From Eledone cirrhosa (Eukaryota): a stretch of DNA of 64,000 bases. The notes under the pieces were generated by a model. It did no database searches and had not been told where the DNA came from. It saw nothing but the letters and a program-made list of their open reading frames with translations. Position 1 is the stretch's first letter, and each line of letters begins with the position of its first letter. A program made the position numbers and the translations under genes. Of the stretch, positions 43,623 through 61,200 are shown in pieces. The stretch covers positions 157,356,001 to 157,420,000 of the forward strand of contig OZ024742.1 in NCBI GenBank assembly GCA_964016885.1, written 5' to 3'.

Positions 43623-44677
43623 AATTTTCAAAGGGCTGCTTCAACAGATACAACTTAGGCTTAATAGATACAATAATCTAAGCAATTTAAGTAATTTAAT
43701 TATGGAGCAATTCAAGGAGTTTATCAAGTTGGGCAAGATTAAAGAAAGTGGTAACTAAGAAAATACATAAGCAAAAAGACAATAATTATAAAATGTATCT
43801 TTAAGAAGGTATAAGGTAGCTTCAGTGATCTAACCATGTATTATCACAAAAAAAACATTCTATAATTATTGATACAGGATTAAAAATTATTACAAAAGTA
43901 TTACAAAATTACCACAAAATCATTACAAAATTATCAAATCATCACAAAATTACCACAAAATCATTACAAAATTATCAAATTATCATAAAATTATCGCAAA
44001 ATTATTACAAAATTATCATAAAATTATTACAAAATTATCACAAAGTTATTGATACAGGATCAACAAAGACAACAATATATATTCCTGCCCAATCAACAAG
44101 TAATCAGAACACTATTAACGGTCAGGCAAAATTAGCTCAGGGATATCCCACGCTCGGATACTTTACACACACACAGCAACACATAGGACTAGCACAGACA
44201 CAATGGTACATTCTTGCCTAAATAACAAACAATTGATTAACAATTGATGGTCAAGAAAATGTACTCAGGGATATCCCGCGCAATGATATTTACATACATA
44301 TAACAGGATGAACAGTACTGGTGACCGTGTGGGCGCGATATCCATTCTGCCTATGCAGTCCCCTGCATAGCTCCAGGCACGATATCCATTATGCGTATGC
44401 AGTCATCTGCATAGCTCCAGGCGCAGCTGGTCTTGTTTAAACGTTCATAGATCACCTGGGGTTCACTATTATCTGCGTGGACTCTCTGGGAGATGTACCT
44501 GTGGATCTAATAGCCAGTGGTTGCCGGATGTGGTCCGTTCGATCTTTTAGTTTCAGGGTTTGAACGCTTTCGCGATAGACGAGCCTGCCGGTTCTAAGTC
44601 CAAGGTTTCGCTACGCAGGATGTATTGGTCTACATGCTATATTGTTAAAAAACCAGTGTGGATTTGACTGGGGTGGT
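43623..44677 (-). repeat. ~1.05-kb inverted repeat of 48833-49885
   Basis: Near-identical reverse complement, including an 11-bp tandem array (aaaattatcac-like, ~43900-44045) and a 43-bp duplication. Confidence 0.92.
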
Positions 44678-44889
44678 ATATTACGAACTCCAAGTCCACA
44701 CGCGACTGGTCAAAAGCGAAGGGCTGTCCCCTCTTTGTTTGCTGTATGGGTCGGTCTCAGCTTAGATGGTGGTCGTGTTATCCATATTCCGTCAGCCCTG
44801 TATATTCAAGACAGATCAGGGTATGTATTTGCGGGTATGGTCCTGCGTCTACGTTATCCAGAGGGTCTCGCTTGTGGTATTTTCATGTT

Positions 44890-47325
<2,436 letters not shown>

Positions 47326-47559
47326 TAAGTATGCATGTATACGTACATACATATATGTATACAGACGTACAGTAGCATGCACATATATATATATATATAC
47401 ATATATACATATGCATACAGGTACACATACATATATGCACGTATCAGTTTAGCGGCGCTAACGTCGCTTTGTTCGTTTGTAAACAAACTGAACAGCCTGA
47501 ATTTATGCCATACGGTGTTAAGGCAACCACGTCACCTTTTTGTTCAACACTGACACAGG

Positions 47560-47604
47560 AACGATGTACTAGTTTCAAGCTTGTTAGCTATCATCAGCAC
47601 CGTT
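47560..47604 (-). ncRNA. Type I minimal hammerhead, family E
   Basis: Minus: AACGGUG CUGAUGA U AGCU AACA AGCU U GAA ACUAGU A^ CAUCGUU. Confidence 0.85.
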
Positions 47605-48025
47605 TACCCATCTGCCAGATAGTTGAACGTTCGAAAGTATATACTTTCCTTATGAAAATTAACGGCTGAGCAGCCTAATTTGCATATTGAGTGAGTTAAA
47701 TCGGTCAGGCATACCGAAAACGATAAATTGAAACAAAATGAAAACGAAATTTCATTTCTCACTCTTAGTATGGCACTTACTTAAATGTAAGTATGCATGT
47801 ATACGTACATACATATATGTATACAGACGTACAGTAGCATGCACATATATATATATATATACATATCTATATACATATGCATACAGGTACACATACATAT
47901 ATGCACGTATCAGTTTAGCGGCGCTAACGTCGCTTTGTTCGTTTGTAAACAAACTGAACAGCCTGAATTTATGCCATACGGTGTTAAGGCAACCACGTCA
48001 CCTTTTTGTTCAACACTGACACAGG

Positions 48026-48070
48026 AACGATGTACTAGTTTCAAGCTTGTTAGCTATCATCAGCACCGTT
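48026..48070 (-). ncRNA. Type I minimal hammerhead, family E
   Basis: Identical to 47560-47604. Confidence 0.85.
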
Positions 48071-48490
48071 TACCCATCTGCCAGATAGTTGAACGTTCGA
48101 AAGTATATACTTTCCTTATGAAATTAACGGCTGAGCAGCCTAATTTGCATATTGAGTGAGTTAAATCGGTCAGGCATACCGAAAACGATAAATTGAAACA
48201 AAATGAAAACGAAATTTCATTTCTCACTCTTAGTATGGCACTTACTTAAATGTAAGTATGCATGTATACGTACATACATATATGTATACAGACGTACAGT
48301 AGCATGCACATATATATATATATATACATATATATATACATATGCATACAGGTACACATACATATATGCACGTATCAGTTTAGCGGCGCTAACGTCGCTT
48401 TGTTCGTTTGTAAACAAACTGAACAGCCTGAATTTATGCCATACGGTGTTAAGGCAACCACGTCACCTTTTTGTTCAACACTGACACAGG

Positions 48491-48535
48491 AACGATGTAC
48501 TAGTTTCAAGCTTGTTAGCTATCATCAGCAACGTT
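48491..48535 (-). ncRNA. Type I minimal hammerhead, family E
   Basis: Same motif with one substitution in helix I. Confidence 0.82.
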
Positions 48536-48790
48536 TACCCATCTGCCAGATAGTTGAACGTTCGAAAGTATATACTTTCCTTATGAAAATTAACGGCTGA
48601 GCAGCCTAATTTGCATATTGAGTGAGTTAAATCGGTCAGGCATACCGAAAACGATAAATTGAAACAAAATGAAAACGAAATTTCATTTCTCACTCTTAGT
48701 ATGGCACTTACTTAAATGTAAGTATGCATGTATACGTACATACATATATGTATACAGACGTACAGTAGCATGCACATATATATATATATA

Positions 48791-48832
48791 AACGGTGCTG
48801 ATGATAGCTAACAAGCTTGAAACTAGTACATC
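48791..48832 (+). ncRNA. Family E hammerhead, isolated inverted copy
   Basis: aacggtgctgatgatagctaacaagcttgaaactagtacatc, truncated 4 nt after the predicted cleavage site. Confidence 0.8.
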
Positions 48833-50660
48833 CACCCCAGTCAAATCCACACTGGTTTTTTAACAATATAGCATGTAGACCAATACATCCTGCGTAGCGA
48901 AACCTTGGACTTAGAAACGGCAGGCTCGTCTATCGCGAAAGCGTTCAACCGCTGAAACTAAAAGATCGAACGGACCACATCCGGCAACCACTGGCTATTA
49001 GATCCACAGGTCCATCTCCCAGAGAGTCCACGCAGATAATAGTGAACCCCAGGTGATCTATGAACGTTTAAACAAGACCAGCTGCGCCTGGAGCTATGCA
49101 GATGACTGCATACGCATAATGGATATCGTGCCTGGAGCTATGCAGGGGACTGCATAGGCAGAATGGATATCGCGCCCACACGGTCACCAGTACTGTTCAT
49201 CCTGTTATATGTATGTAAATATCATTGCGCGGGATATCCCTGAGTACATTTTCTTGACCATCAATTGTTAATCAATTGTTTGTTATTTAGGCAAGAATGT
49301 ACCATTGTGTCTGTGCTAGTCCTATGTGTTGCTGTGTGTGTGTAAAGTATCCGAGCGTGGGATATCCCTGAGCTAATTTTGCCTGACCGTTAATAGTGTT
49401 CTGATTACTTGTTGATTGGGCAGGAATATATATTGTTGTCTTTGTTGATCCTGTATCAATAACTTTGTGATAATTTTGTAATAATTTTATGATAATTTTG
49501 TAATAATTTTGCGATAATTTTATGATAATTTGATAATTTTGTAATGATTTTGTGGTAATTTTGTGATGATTTGATCATTTTGTAATGATTTTGTGGTAAT
49601 TTTGTAATAATTTTGTAATAATTTTTAATCCTGTATCAATAATTATAGAATGTTTTTTTTGTGATAATACATGGTTAGATCACTGAAGCTACCTTATACC
49701 TTCTTAAAGATACATTTTATAATTATTGTCTTTTTGCTTATGTATTTTCTTAGTTACCACTTTCTTTAATCTTGCCCAACTTGATAAACTCCTTGAATTG
49801 CTCCATAATTAAATTACTTAAATTGCTTAGATTATTGTATCTATTAAGCCTAAGTTGTATCTGTTGAAGCAGCCCTTTGAAAATTCCTCGGATATCCCAA
49901 ATACCGTAATTTTTAATTTTTAACTTTTAATGTATAATTTTCCTCAATTCGTTTTTATATTTATCCTTAAAGGCTCTCTAAAATGTTAATTCTTAGAAGG
50001 GTCTCTCGGAAGAAGTTCCTATTGGAAATATTAAAGGGGTCTTTTCTGAGAGATTTATGGAAGGCTCTCTGAATTAACCTCTAATTGATTAGTTTCTTTC
50101 AACCTAGTTTTCAATTCAGTTTTCTGAATTTTGTAAACGTGATCTCAGGGGAAGAAGGTTTTTTTCTTTCGGAAAAAAATTTTTTCTCTAGAAGAAATGT
50201 CATACTTTATATATTTTTTAGGGAAACTTTATATTTTTATTTTCTTATTTTATTAGCCTCTTAATTTTCTTCTAGTCTAATAGGTTTATTGGAGCCTGTA
50301 AGCTTTATGCACTCATTGAGGGATTTTCTAAGGTGCTTCTACGTGACCCCAAGTCTTTTAGTTTAATGTTGATGCGTAAATTATATATTTTTGTCTAATT
50401 TTTAAACTTCAATCCCTGACCCCGACAACTAATATAAAAGAGCCCCCCCTTAGAATATTGACCACAACTATACAAGCGGAGTTGCTGATGTATACAACAA
50501 TTTCAAACTGCTAGCCTTGAGTGATACGTTGATGTAAACAATGATCTTGCAATCACATGTTATATGCCTTGATAAGTCCCACCATGGGGTCGGACGAAAC
50601 GGCTGTCGGCAATAAACTTGTTATAATGTCATAATAGTTCCTTTGTTCTTTTTCACTAAT
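48833..50660 (+). mobile_element. Non-coding PLE-type 3' region ending in HHR, AATAAA and (TA)n
   Basis: Has an inverted partner at 43623-44677; terminal HHR at 50565-50611. Confidence 0.65.
50565..50611 (+). ncRNA. Type I hammerhead, family F, U3-A8 core variant
   Basis: UGCC UUGAUAA GUCC..GGAC GAA ACGGCUGU C^ GGCA, then AATAAA. Confidence 0.82.
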
Positions 50661-51099
50661 ATATATATATATATATATAAAATATTAAAAAAATAATGAA
50701 TAAAACAATGAAACAGTTCCTTATATTAAACAAAAAAAGTTCATTATTTAACGATCGTTTCTAGGATATATATGTGTTAGAATTGGCATGCATATTCAAC
50801 AGATCTATGTACAAAATTATACAAAATTATACAAACTATCAAAATTAAATATACATACCAAACACATATATATGCCGTCTTCAGAAATAATGAAATATAT
50901 TTATTGATAATAACAACAATTCAAAATTTCAGGTCCGTTTGGGAACAGAGTTCAAATTGACCAATGAAAATACAAAAAATTTTATGCAGTTTGGTGTGTG
51001 TATATACATGTAATTAACTTCGTACACATATTCACATGCATACGCATGCCAAAAAGATGTATGCAAATACAAAAATTCAAGGCTAATGTCTCTGTGAGT

Positions 51100-51479
51100 T
51101 TATAATCCACAGATAAAATGCGTATAGACACATAAATATGAAATAAATGTATACACACATTCATATACTCATACATATTCGTACACTCACACACACACGC
51201 GCGTATATGCATAAACATACACATAACTACGAACATACATACACACACACACCCCCACACACATATATATGTGCATATAGTATTATCATAAGCATATGGA
51301 CATTAATGCACGCACATAAACACTGCCACACACATCTAGATCCAGATACAGAAATTAGGTGGGAGGTGGGGAGAGGTCAGTATTCAACGGTTTCGGCAGA
51401 CTGCCTATTTATAGATGTATCTATAAACTTAGAAATAAAAAGAAAAGAAAAAGAAAAAAGAAAAAAGAAATATATCAAG

Positions 51480-51525
<46 letters not shown>

Positions 51526-51940
51526 CACACATACACACACACACACACACACATATATATACATATACATATATATATACAAATATATACACACATACAT
51601 ATACATATACACATATATATACACATATATACACACACATATATACACACACATATATATATACACATATACATACACACACATATATATATATATACAA
51701 ACAAGTAAAATATAAAGTATACATCGATATACATACATATAGACATATAAATAAATACACACGCATACACTCACATACATATACATACATATTCATACAC
51801 ATATATATAAACACATACATACACATACATATACATACACATACCATATAAATACACATACACATACACAGACGCATTCATATAGAGACACATACATATA
51901 CACATATAAATACATAGACACATACACACATAAACACACA

Positions 51941-51972
<32 letters not shown>

Positions 51973-52015
51973 CACACATATACACATACACGCATACATA
52001 TATATATATATACAC

Positions 52016-52085
<70 letters not shown>

Positions 52086-52148
52086 ATACACTCACAACAC
52101 TCGTATATATATACACACTCATACATATACACACATATACATATACAT

Positions 52149-52211
<63 letters not shown>

Positions 52212-52340
52212 CAGTCACATCTACATACATATATATATATAAATACACTCATATATATACACACATACACATACATACCCACATATAAATATAAGTATAT
52301 ACATAAATATATATATATACACACATACACACATACACAT

Positions 52341-52405
<65 letters not shown>

Positions 52406-52528
52406 CATACACATACATACACATATACACACATACATATATACTCACACACACACACCTACACATACATACACATACACATATATAAAGATATATATAC
52501 ACACACACACACACACATATAATAAATA

Positions 52529-52562
<34 letters not shown>

Positions 52563-52575
52563 CATACATATATAC

Positions 52576-52606
<31 letters not shown>

Positions 52607-52867
52607 CACACATATACATACACACATACACACATACATACATACACACACACATACATACACACACATACATACTCATACATAGACATAGATATATACT
52701 CACACACACATACGCACTTACATATACGCATATATACAAATACATACACATCCATATATGCGTATATACATACAAACACCACTACACGCTCACACAACTC
52801 AGACATACAAAGAAAAAGGTATATACATATACATATATACACATATAAATAGAGATACATATACACA

Positions 52868-52899
<32 letters not shown>

Positions 52900-53002
52900 C
52901 CCACACACACGTACAACCATAAACACACATACAAACACATACATACACACATACATACATATATATACACACACACAAAGACACACATACATATATATAT
53001 TT

Positions 53003-53087
<85 letters not shown>

Positions 53088-53390
53088 CATACACATACAC
53101 GCACACATATATAGAGATGCACACACAGACATACATACATACATACACATACACATACATATATATAAAAATAAAAAAATAAAAAAAATAAAAAAAAAAA
53201 ATAAGATAAATAAAAAATAAATAAATTAATACACACAGTCAGACAAATATGCACACACATACATATACATATATGTATATATATATATATACACACACAC
53301 ATACACACACACACATACATATATATACACACATACATACACACACATATATATATACATACATATACACACATCAACTACAAATATACA

Positions 53391-53421
<31 letters not shown>

Positions 53422-53471
53422 TATACATATTTTCACATATATATATATACATATATTATATTATAATAATA

Positions 53472-53508
<37 letters not shown>

Positions 53509-53729
53509 TACATATATATACACACACACACACTCACATATATATGCGCACATACGTACATATATACACATACACACATATACACATAGACATATACATG
53601 TGCATACATGTACATACACACATATACCCACATAGATACAAAGATACACATATATATATAGAGAGACATACATATACATACACATATATACACACACATA
53701 CATACACACATATATATATATACATACAC

Positions 53730-53786
<57 letters not shown>

Positions 53787-53789
53787 CAC

Positions 53790-53833
<44 letters not shown>

Positions 53834-53960
53834 GTATATATATATATATATACACACAATCATACACCCTTATTTGCATGCGCATATATGTATTTTTATA
53901 CTTACATATAAACACCCAAACATATATACACCTACCTACATATACATATATACATACACG
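51100..53960. repeat. Compound (TA)n/(CA)n/(TACA)n low-complexity tract
   Basis: Direct observation; source of many spurious ORFs. Confidence 0.95.
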
Positions 53961-55048
53961 CTTACAAATACAAATAATAATAGTAGGGGGGGAAAGGGGG
54001 GGGGGATTATAGTAAATATATGTTTCAAGAAACATAGAATATTAATCTGTATTTGGATCACAATATGTGTTTACATAGTTTCAGTATTAGGAAATGCAAG
54101 AAAGAAGGCAAAATTATGCATTTCAATATAAGTATACCATTAATTATAGGTTAACTAAACTAAAGATAGTTAATATATTGATTTCTAAGGTGTAAATTAC
54201 TTAGGTTTATAATATTTGAAGTAGAATTTTGAAGTTAAATAGTAGTAGAGTATTAATTATAGTATAACTAAATTAAAATTATTAACGTTATGGTATCAAT
54301 ATTAGGAAATGAATTTAGTAATAGGGAAAAAACAAATAAAGTATTACATCGGTAGTAGAATATAAATTATAGGTTAACTAAATTAAAAATTATATATTAA
54401 TTTCTATAGTATATGTTAATTAGGTATATAATAAATAAAACAGATATTGTATTTTATCAATAGTAGAATATAATTATATGTAAACAGAAATTAAAATTAA
54501 TACATACACATATACATATACATACATATATATATACACATATATATACATACATACACATACATATATATACATACATATACATATTTTTTCAAAAATT
54601 GCAAAGAATATATTAACTAGGTATACATCCAAAACCCATCCCATTCTATGATTACATGACACTCTGCAATCCGTCTGTATTAGGATACTAATTTTAAGCC
54701 AATTAAATTAAATTTTTAGGTTGACCAAATTTAAAACCCAATTATAAATATATTTCTAAAATGTATATTAATTAGGTCTATAATACTAAAAGTTATTTCT
54801 CTGTCATTGAATACACGATATTTTGTTATATTTTATCTGTAAAGGAATTTTAATAAAGGGTTAAATAAATTAAGATTAATCTATAAATTAAATTACTAAG
54901 TATATATTAGTAATATTTAAAGGTTTTTCACAATTTATGATTACACAATATTTTATATTCTCATCTGTAGTAGAATTTTAATTAAATTAAATTTATAGGT
55001 TAACTAACATTTAAATTAAATTATATATTAATTTCTAAAATAATGTTA

Positions 55049-56549
55049 TTAATTAGGTTTATAATATTTAAATGTTTTTTTTAGTTTATGATTACACGAT
55101 ATAATTAATTCCTGTCGTTTATTTAATAGGTTATCCTTAGATTTCATTATTTCAAATAGTTCTTGGGAACATAATCTACATTCATTTCTATTATTTTGAT
55201 AAGGGGTGGCTCTTTTGAGCACACTCCAGGTCAAATCATATTCTATATTCTTATTTTTATAACTATTGATTTTTTCTGCTAGAGATGTTGTATTAGCCAG
55301 TGCGGCATTTTTAAAACTATGTTTGTGGGTATTAAACCTTGTCTTAAAATTGTTAGAAGTAGCTCCTATATATGAGCAAATAGAATCTTTAGTTTTAACA
55401 TTACATTTATAAACTATGTTGTTAACAAGACAATTTCCTTTTAATGGGCAGTTTGCTTTGTTTCTACAGTTACAACCTTTCGTTAATTCTGTATTTGAGG
55501 AGATATTATGGTTAGTTTGATGTATTGGTGGTATACTTATGGTTTTCTTACATTTATATGCATTATAGGCACTTATATTTTGTTTTATGTTATTTGTTGT
55601 TGAGTATGAGAATTTAACTGTAGACCTATTTAAGATTTGATGGTATTTGTGGTTTGGCGGGAAGTTTTTCTCTAGGATATAAACAAATTTTTTAGCAATA
55701 TTATCCTTAATTTGTAAATTAAATGGAGCATTATACCAAGTAACCCGTCTATTACGGTTTCTATGTTGTTTATTATTTTTATTATTTGTATAGGTTGTAT
55801 CGTGATGTTTACTAGGAGGATTAATGTTAATGATCTCACCACAACCATTTTTAGTTATATTTGTAGATTTAGGTGTTTTATCTTTTTTATTAGGAGTTTT
55901 ATTATTAATATTTATTAGAGTTGTATGATGAGTAGTTTTTTGAGAGTTACTATATTTTATATTAGAAGATTTGGTATTTTGGGGTATAGTGTGGGTGGCA
56001 TTTAGGTGTGTACTTTTCATTTGGTGTTTGTTGGTAATATTAGGTTGTATGTTTTTAGTATTTTTGGTAGAAGGTATATATTCTAATCTATTTTTGTGGC
56101 CACTTCTATCTAGAGCTTCGTTATAGAAGGTCGCATTTTTATCAAATACATCTTGGTTAGAAGAAAGGTTAGAAATTCTAAGTGATATATTATATGCAAG
56201 GTTTTTAAGGATAGATTTAGGGTGATTAGATTGTGAGTGTATGTAATGTAAGTTTTGGTTGGGTTTATGGTAAGGTTGGTAGATACCCGTAGCTAAGTCT
56301 AAAGTTATATCTAGGAAATTTACTACTTTACTTGTTTTTTCAAAAGTAATATGAAGACTATAATAGTCTTTAAGGAAAGTTCTAATATGCTTTTTGTTTT
56401 TTTCTATTTCTGAAAGGCTAAGGTTGTTGGAAAGAAGAAGACAGCCATCACGATATAAACCACCTTTAAGGTGGGTAAAGGAGGCATTTATGTTGAAAAG
56501 GAGAAAGAGGCCCACAAGATCAGTAATTTGGGCGGAATCGCTTGAACCC

Positions 56550-56551
<2 letters not shown>
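55049..56551 (-). CDS. Penelope-like element ORF, 5'-truncated: RT C-terminal half, N/K/T-rich linker, GIY-YIG endonuclease (500 aa uninterrupted)
   Basis: [22 protein letters not shown] (YRDD altered), [68 protein letters not shown]. Confidence 0.9.
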
Positions 56552-56604
<53 letters not shown>

Positions 56605-56755
56605 ATGTATATGTGTGTGTATATGTATATGTGTATGTATATATGTGTGTGTATGTATGTTTATATATATCTGTATGTATATGTATATATAATTGTATAT
56701 TATATACTTCTGTTTTATTTGTGCGTGTGTGTATATATATATATGTGTATGTGTA

Positions 56756-56856
<101 letters not shown>

Positions 56857-57076
56857 ATGTATGTGTGTATATATAGATTTAATGTATGTGTGTGGGCGTG
56901 TATATATTTGTGCATGTATATGTATTTTTTATATAATGGTTTTGTGTGTATATGTATAATAGCCTCAGAAACGGCTTGAACTCTGCTGTGGGGTCAGCCT
57001 TTTTCCTATGTGTGTGTATATATATATATACGTATATGTATGCCTGTGTGTGTATTTCTATGATTGTGTTTGTGTG

Positions 57077-57121
<45 letters not shown>

Positions 57122-57123
57122 AA

Positions 57124-58555
57124 ATTAATACAATAACAGAGATAGTTTAAAGCTAATCTCTGACAGGTAACCATCTCACTCAACAAACATTAGGTTATAT
57201 TTTAATATAAACCCAATTTAAGTGTTTGGGGTGCTAACAGTATGTATTATGTGGAAAAGCCAGTTGTATTATTTTATGAGATATAATTAAAGTTAAAATA
57301 TATCTCTCTTTCCAAACAATTGTCTCATTAAAACTTTTCTACAATTTCTAATATTTCCAGTTTATGTAGAAGCCTAATATACATTCATGTAAGAATATAT
57401 TTAGGTGGGCGCTCATAAATCCTCAGTGGAAGCTCATTAAACTTTGATATAAGAAAACCATTTCTTATCACAGTTAAAAATCGTGTCTGTTAAGTTGCTC
57501 CTTCCGGCATCGAATGACCGGCAAATTTGAAATTCCAGCAGTTTTTGACTGAGGAAGTATTATAGCGTCACTAAGCGCGAAGGGGAGACAACTACGATCC
57601 ACGAAAGGAGGAAAAAAAATAATATACACGCGGGTTAATCAGTTTTTTCGAAAACATTATCAATCCAACGTGTTATGAACTCAATTGAAATTTAAAAAAT
57701 AAATATATGCGTGTATAAATTACACACGCGTATAGATATTTTCTTAGGCTAAAATCAGAGGTTGTACCTGAATAAGAAACCGCATCTCATAACCGTAGTA
57801 AATACGGAAAGTTATGCTTTATAGGGCAAATTGGAATGTAAATCTCCGGCCGAATTAAGAGTAAAATATAAAACACACGCGGGTTAATTAGTTATTTCAA
57901 AACTAATATCAATTCCTCGTGTAAAGAACTCAATTAATTTTAAAAAATAAATATATGCATGTAATTATATACATAGGCATATATATATTTTCTTAGGCTA
58001 AAAAACAGAGAGGTTACAACCAATACAAACCACAATATCGCACAACAGTAATAAGTAGGGAAAGTCAAATTTATAAGGTACCTGGAAATAAACACCTCTG
58101 GCCAATCAAGAGTAAAATATTAATACAATAACAGAGATAGTTTAAAGCTAATCTCTGACTGGTAACCATCTCACTCAACAAACATTAGGTTATATTTTAA
58201 TATAAACCCAATTTAAGTGTTTGGGGTGCTAACAATATGTATTATGTGGAAAAGCCAGTTGTATTATTTTATGAGATATAATTAAAGTTAAAATATATCT
58301 CTCTTTCCAAACAATTGTTTCATTATAAGTTTTCTACAAATTCGGAGAATATTTCCAGTTTATGTAGAAGCCTAATATACATTCATGTAAGAATATATTT
58401 AGGTGGGCGTTTATAAATCATCAGTGGAAGCCCATTAAACTTTGATATAAGAAAACCATTCGTTACCACAGTTAAAAATCGTGTCTGTTAAGTTGCTCTT
58501 TCCCGCATCGAATGACCGGCAAATTTGAAATTCCAGCAGTTTTTGACTGGGGAAC
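57124..58555. repeat. Direct repeat of ~435 bp (57124-57556 and 58119-58555), period ~996 bp, with diverged ~250-bp subrepeats between
   Basis: Both copies begin attaatacaataacagagatagtttaaagc and end gtttttgactg(a/g)ggaa. Confidence 0.9.
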
Positions 58556-58825
58556 TTGTTGAGTGCTCTAAATCTGCTATAAACATTTATACCCTTTTCT
58601 AAATATATTTTTATATTTATTATTTGTCGTATTCCCAACTTTTTATTTTCATTTTTATTTTTATTTCGATATATACAATATTTAGGTTTTTATATATATA
58701 CAATATATATACAATATTTAGGTTTTTATCTAATATTTATATATATATATATATATATATATAATTATATGTGTGTGTGTTTATGTATGTATACATACGT
58801 ATGTGTATGTATATGTGCGTGTATG

Positions 58826-58857
<32 letters not shown>

Positions 58858-58868
58858 GTATATATTTG

Positions 58869-58918
<50 letters not shown>

Positions 58919-59010
58919 AGAGTTAAACATGATTCATATGAATTATCTAAGAATGAGTGTTTGTGTTATGTATGTATATGTATGTGCATGTATGTATGGA
59001 TATGTATGTA

Positions 59011-59081
<71 letters not shown>

Positions 59082-59279
59082 TTATATATGTATATGTATG
59101 TGTGTGTGTATGTATATGTGTATGCGTATGTATGCGTTTATGTATTTGTATATGTATGTGTATGTGTGTGAGTGTGTGTATGTATTTATTTTTACGTATG
59201 TATGTTTACGTGCATTTGTGTGTATTGCTTACCACGTGTGTTTGTTCATTTATTTGTTGCCTGTATCGCTGTCAACACT

Positions 59280-59509
59280 ATAATAATCCTTATATTCATT
59301 TTTATTTTTTTATTATTATATTTTTTTTTCTTATATTTATTTGTGTGAGTGAGTATGTAGGTGTGTGTACATATTTCTATATTTGTGCATGCGTATGTAT
59401 GCGTGTATATATGTGTGTATGTATGTGTATGTACGTGTGTATATATACGTATGATTGTGTGTATGTATGTGTGTATGTATGTAGGTATGTGTATATATGT
59501 ATGTATATG

Positions 59510-59560
<51 letters not shown>

Positions 59561-60040
59561 TTGTGTATATATATGTATATGTGTGTGTATGTATTTATAT
59601 ATATGTCTATGTATATATATATATATATGATGTATATGTTTGTGTGTGTGTGTATGCACGTTTGTGTATTTGTATGTATGTGTATGTATGGATATGTTGA
59701 TATTTATCTGCGTAATTATGTATCTGCATATGTATCTGTATGTATACACATACACATATATATGTGTGTGTGTATATGTGTGTGTATGTATGTGTGTATG
59801 TATATATATATGTGTATGTATATAATTGTGTGTGTGTGTGTGTGTTTGCATGTGTGTTTTTATCTTTCCTTTTCTTCTTCCTTTTCCAGCCTCACTTTCA
59901 TATAGATTATGTTTTTGTTTTTAAAATCCAACGCCAATAAATACAGCAGGATTTTTCATTCTGATGATTGAAAGCAACATTTGTTTGCTTTTAAGAAACC
60001 ACTGTTAAATGAAATAATTGCCTAATGTTGTTTATTACAT
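59280..60040 (+). repeat. Right arm of long-range inverted repeat
   Basis: Reverse complement of ~42735-43345; ends in (TA)n. Confidence 0.8.
59954..60014 (+). ncRNA. Type I hammerhead, family D
   Basis: UUUCAUU CUGAUGA UUGAAAGCAA..UUGCUUUUAA GAA ACC ACU GUU A^ AAUGAAA; one helix III mismatch. Confidence 0.8.
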
Positions 60041-60072
60041 TATATATATATATATATATATATAATATATTT

Positions 60073-60125
<53 letters not shown>

Positions 60126-60131
60126 TTATAC

Positions 60132-60210
<79 letters not shown>

Positions 60211-60230
60211 TATAAATATATAGTATTGAT

Positions 60231-60419
60231 AGATTGGCAGTATATGTAGACGGTCTGACACCATGCTCTGATGCATAGATTTACGGCCCTTTCCATTCTG
60301 AATTCAAATCCTGCCGAGGTTAAGTTTGCCTTTCATCCTTACGGGGTCGATATAATAAAGTACCAATAATACACTGGCTTAATTACTGACCTTGTGCCAA
60401 AAGTAGAAACAATTATTAT
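60231..60419 (+). mobile_element. SINE, near full length
   Basis: Matches 11206-11397. Confidence 0.8.
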
Positions 60420-60543
60420 TAGAAAAACATGTTTTTTCTCTAATATCTGGCTATATACTTACATTTTTAATATACCTATGTTCCCGCCGTTTTATACATT
60501 TTTATTGTCTTTGGCGTTTTTTCAGATTATGGATGTTTTACAA

Positions 60544-61200
60544 TTCAAAATAATCTCCATCATTTGTGATTAACGTTTACTATCCTGTAATGAGTTATAT
60601 GATTCCATCTCTGTAGATAGTCTTCTATGCAAAGAATTCCGTCAGCTACTAATTGAACTGGTTTTCTTTCGTGAACTACTTCGACTGCATTGCATTGCTC
60701 ACGGACAGAAAACATTTATAGTCTGTAAATGCGTGATAGGATAAATACATCAGGTGCATCAGAACCTTGCAGCCTAGCTCCAACAGGTTCTCATGATATA
60801 TGCGGCCGTGCGTTATCAGGAAGGAATCGAACAGGATCATGGTGTCGGCGCCCCTATGAGATTTTTACCACTAATCTGTCAAGGTTTTTGAACAGGACGT
60901 CAGACATGTTGGTCTTCTTTCGTAACAAATTGTATTGGATGACAGCTTTCCCATTCAATCAGACTCTCAGTAGGGACTTGCAAAGAAGTAGGCCAACATT
61001 GGATTGCCATTGTCTCTTAACGAAATCACGAAAGATTGCGCTTAACATTAACTTAGAAAGACTGTTTCTCACCACTTGTGACAATGAAACGTGTTCATTT
61101 GGTTGTGGGAAGGAAGAGTGCAAAGAAAATCGCAGTTGCCGTCCAACATTCAAGAATTAAATCAAACAGATCGTGGTATACCCATTGGTCCAGTTTAGAC
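60544..61200 (-). pseudogene. Decayed mariner transposase
   Basis: Minus strand across frames: KLDQWVYHDL (WVPHEL-like), VTSGEK, FLPDNARPH, AFTDYKCFLSVSNAM, TNDGDYFE. Confidence 0.82.
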
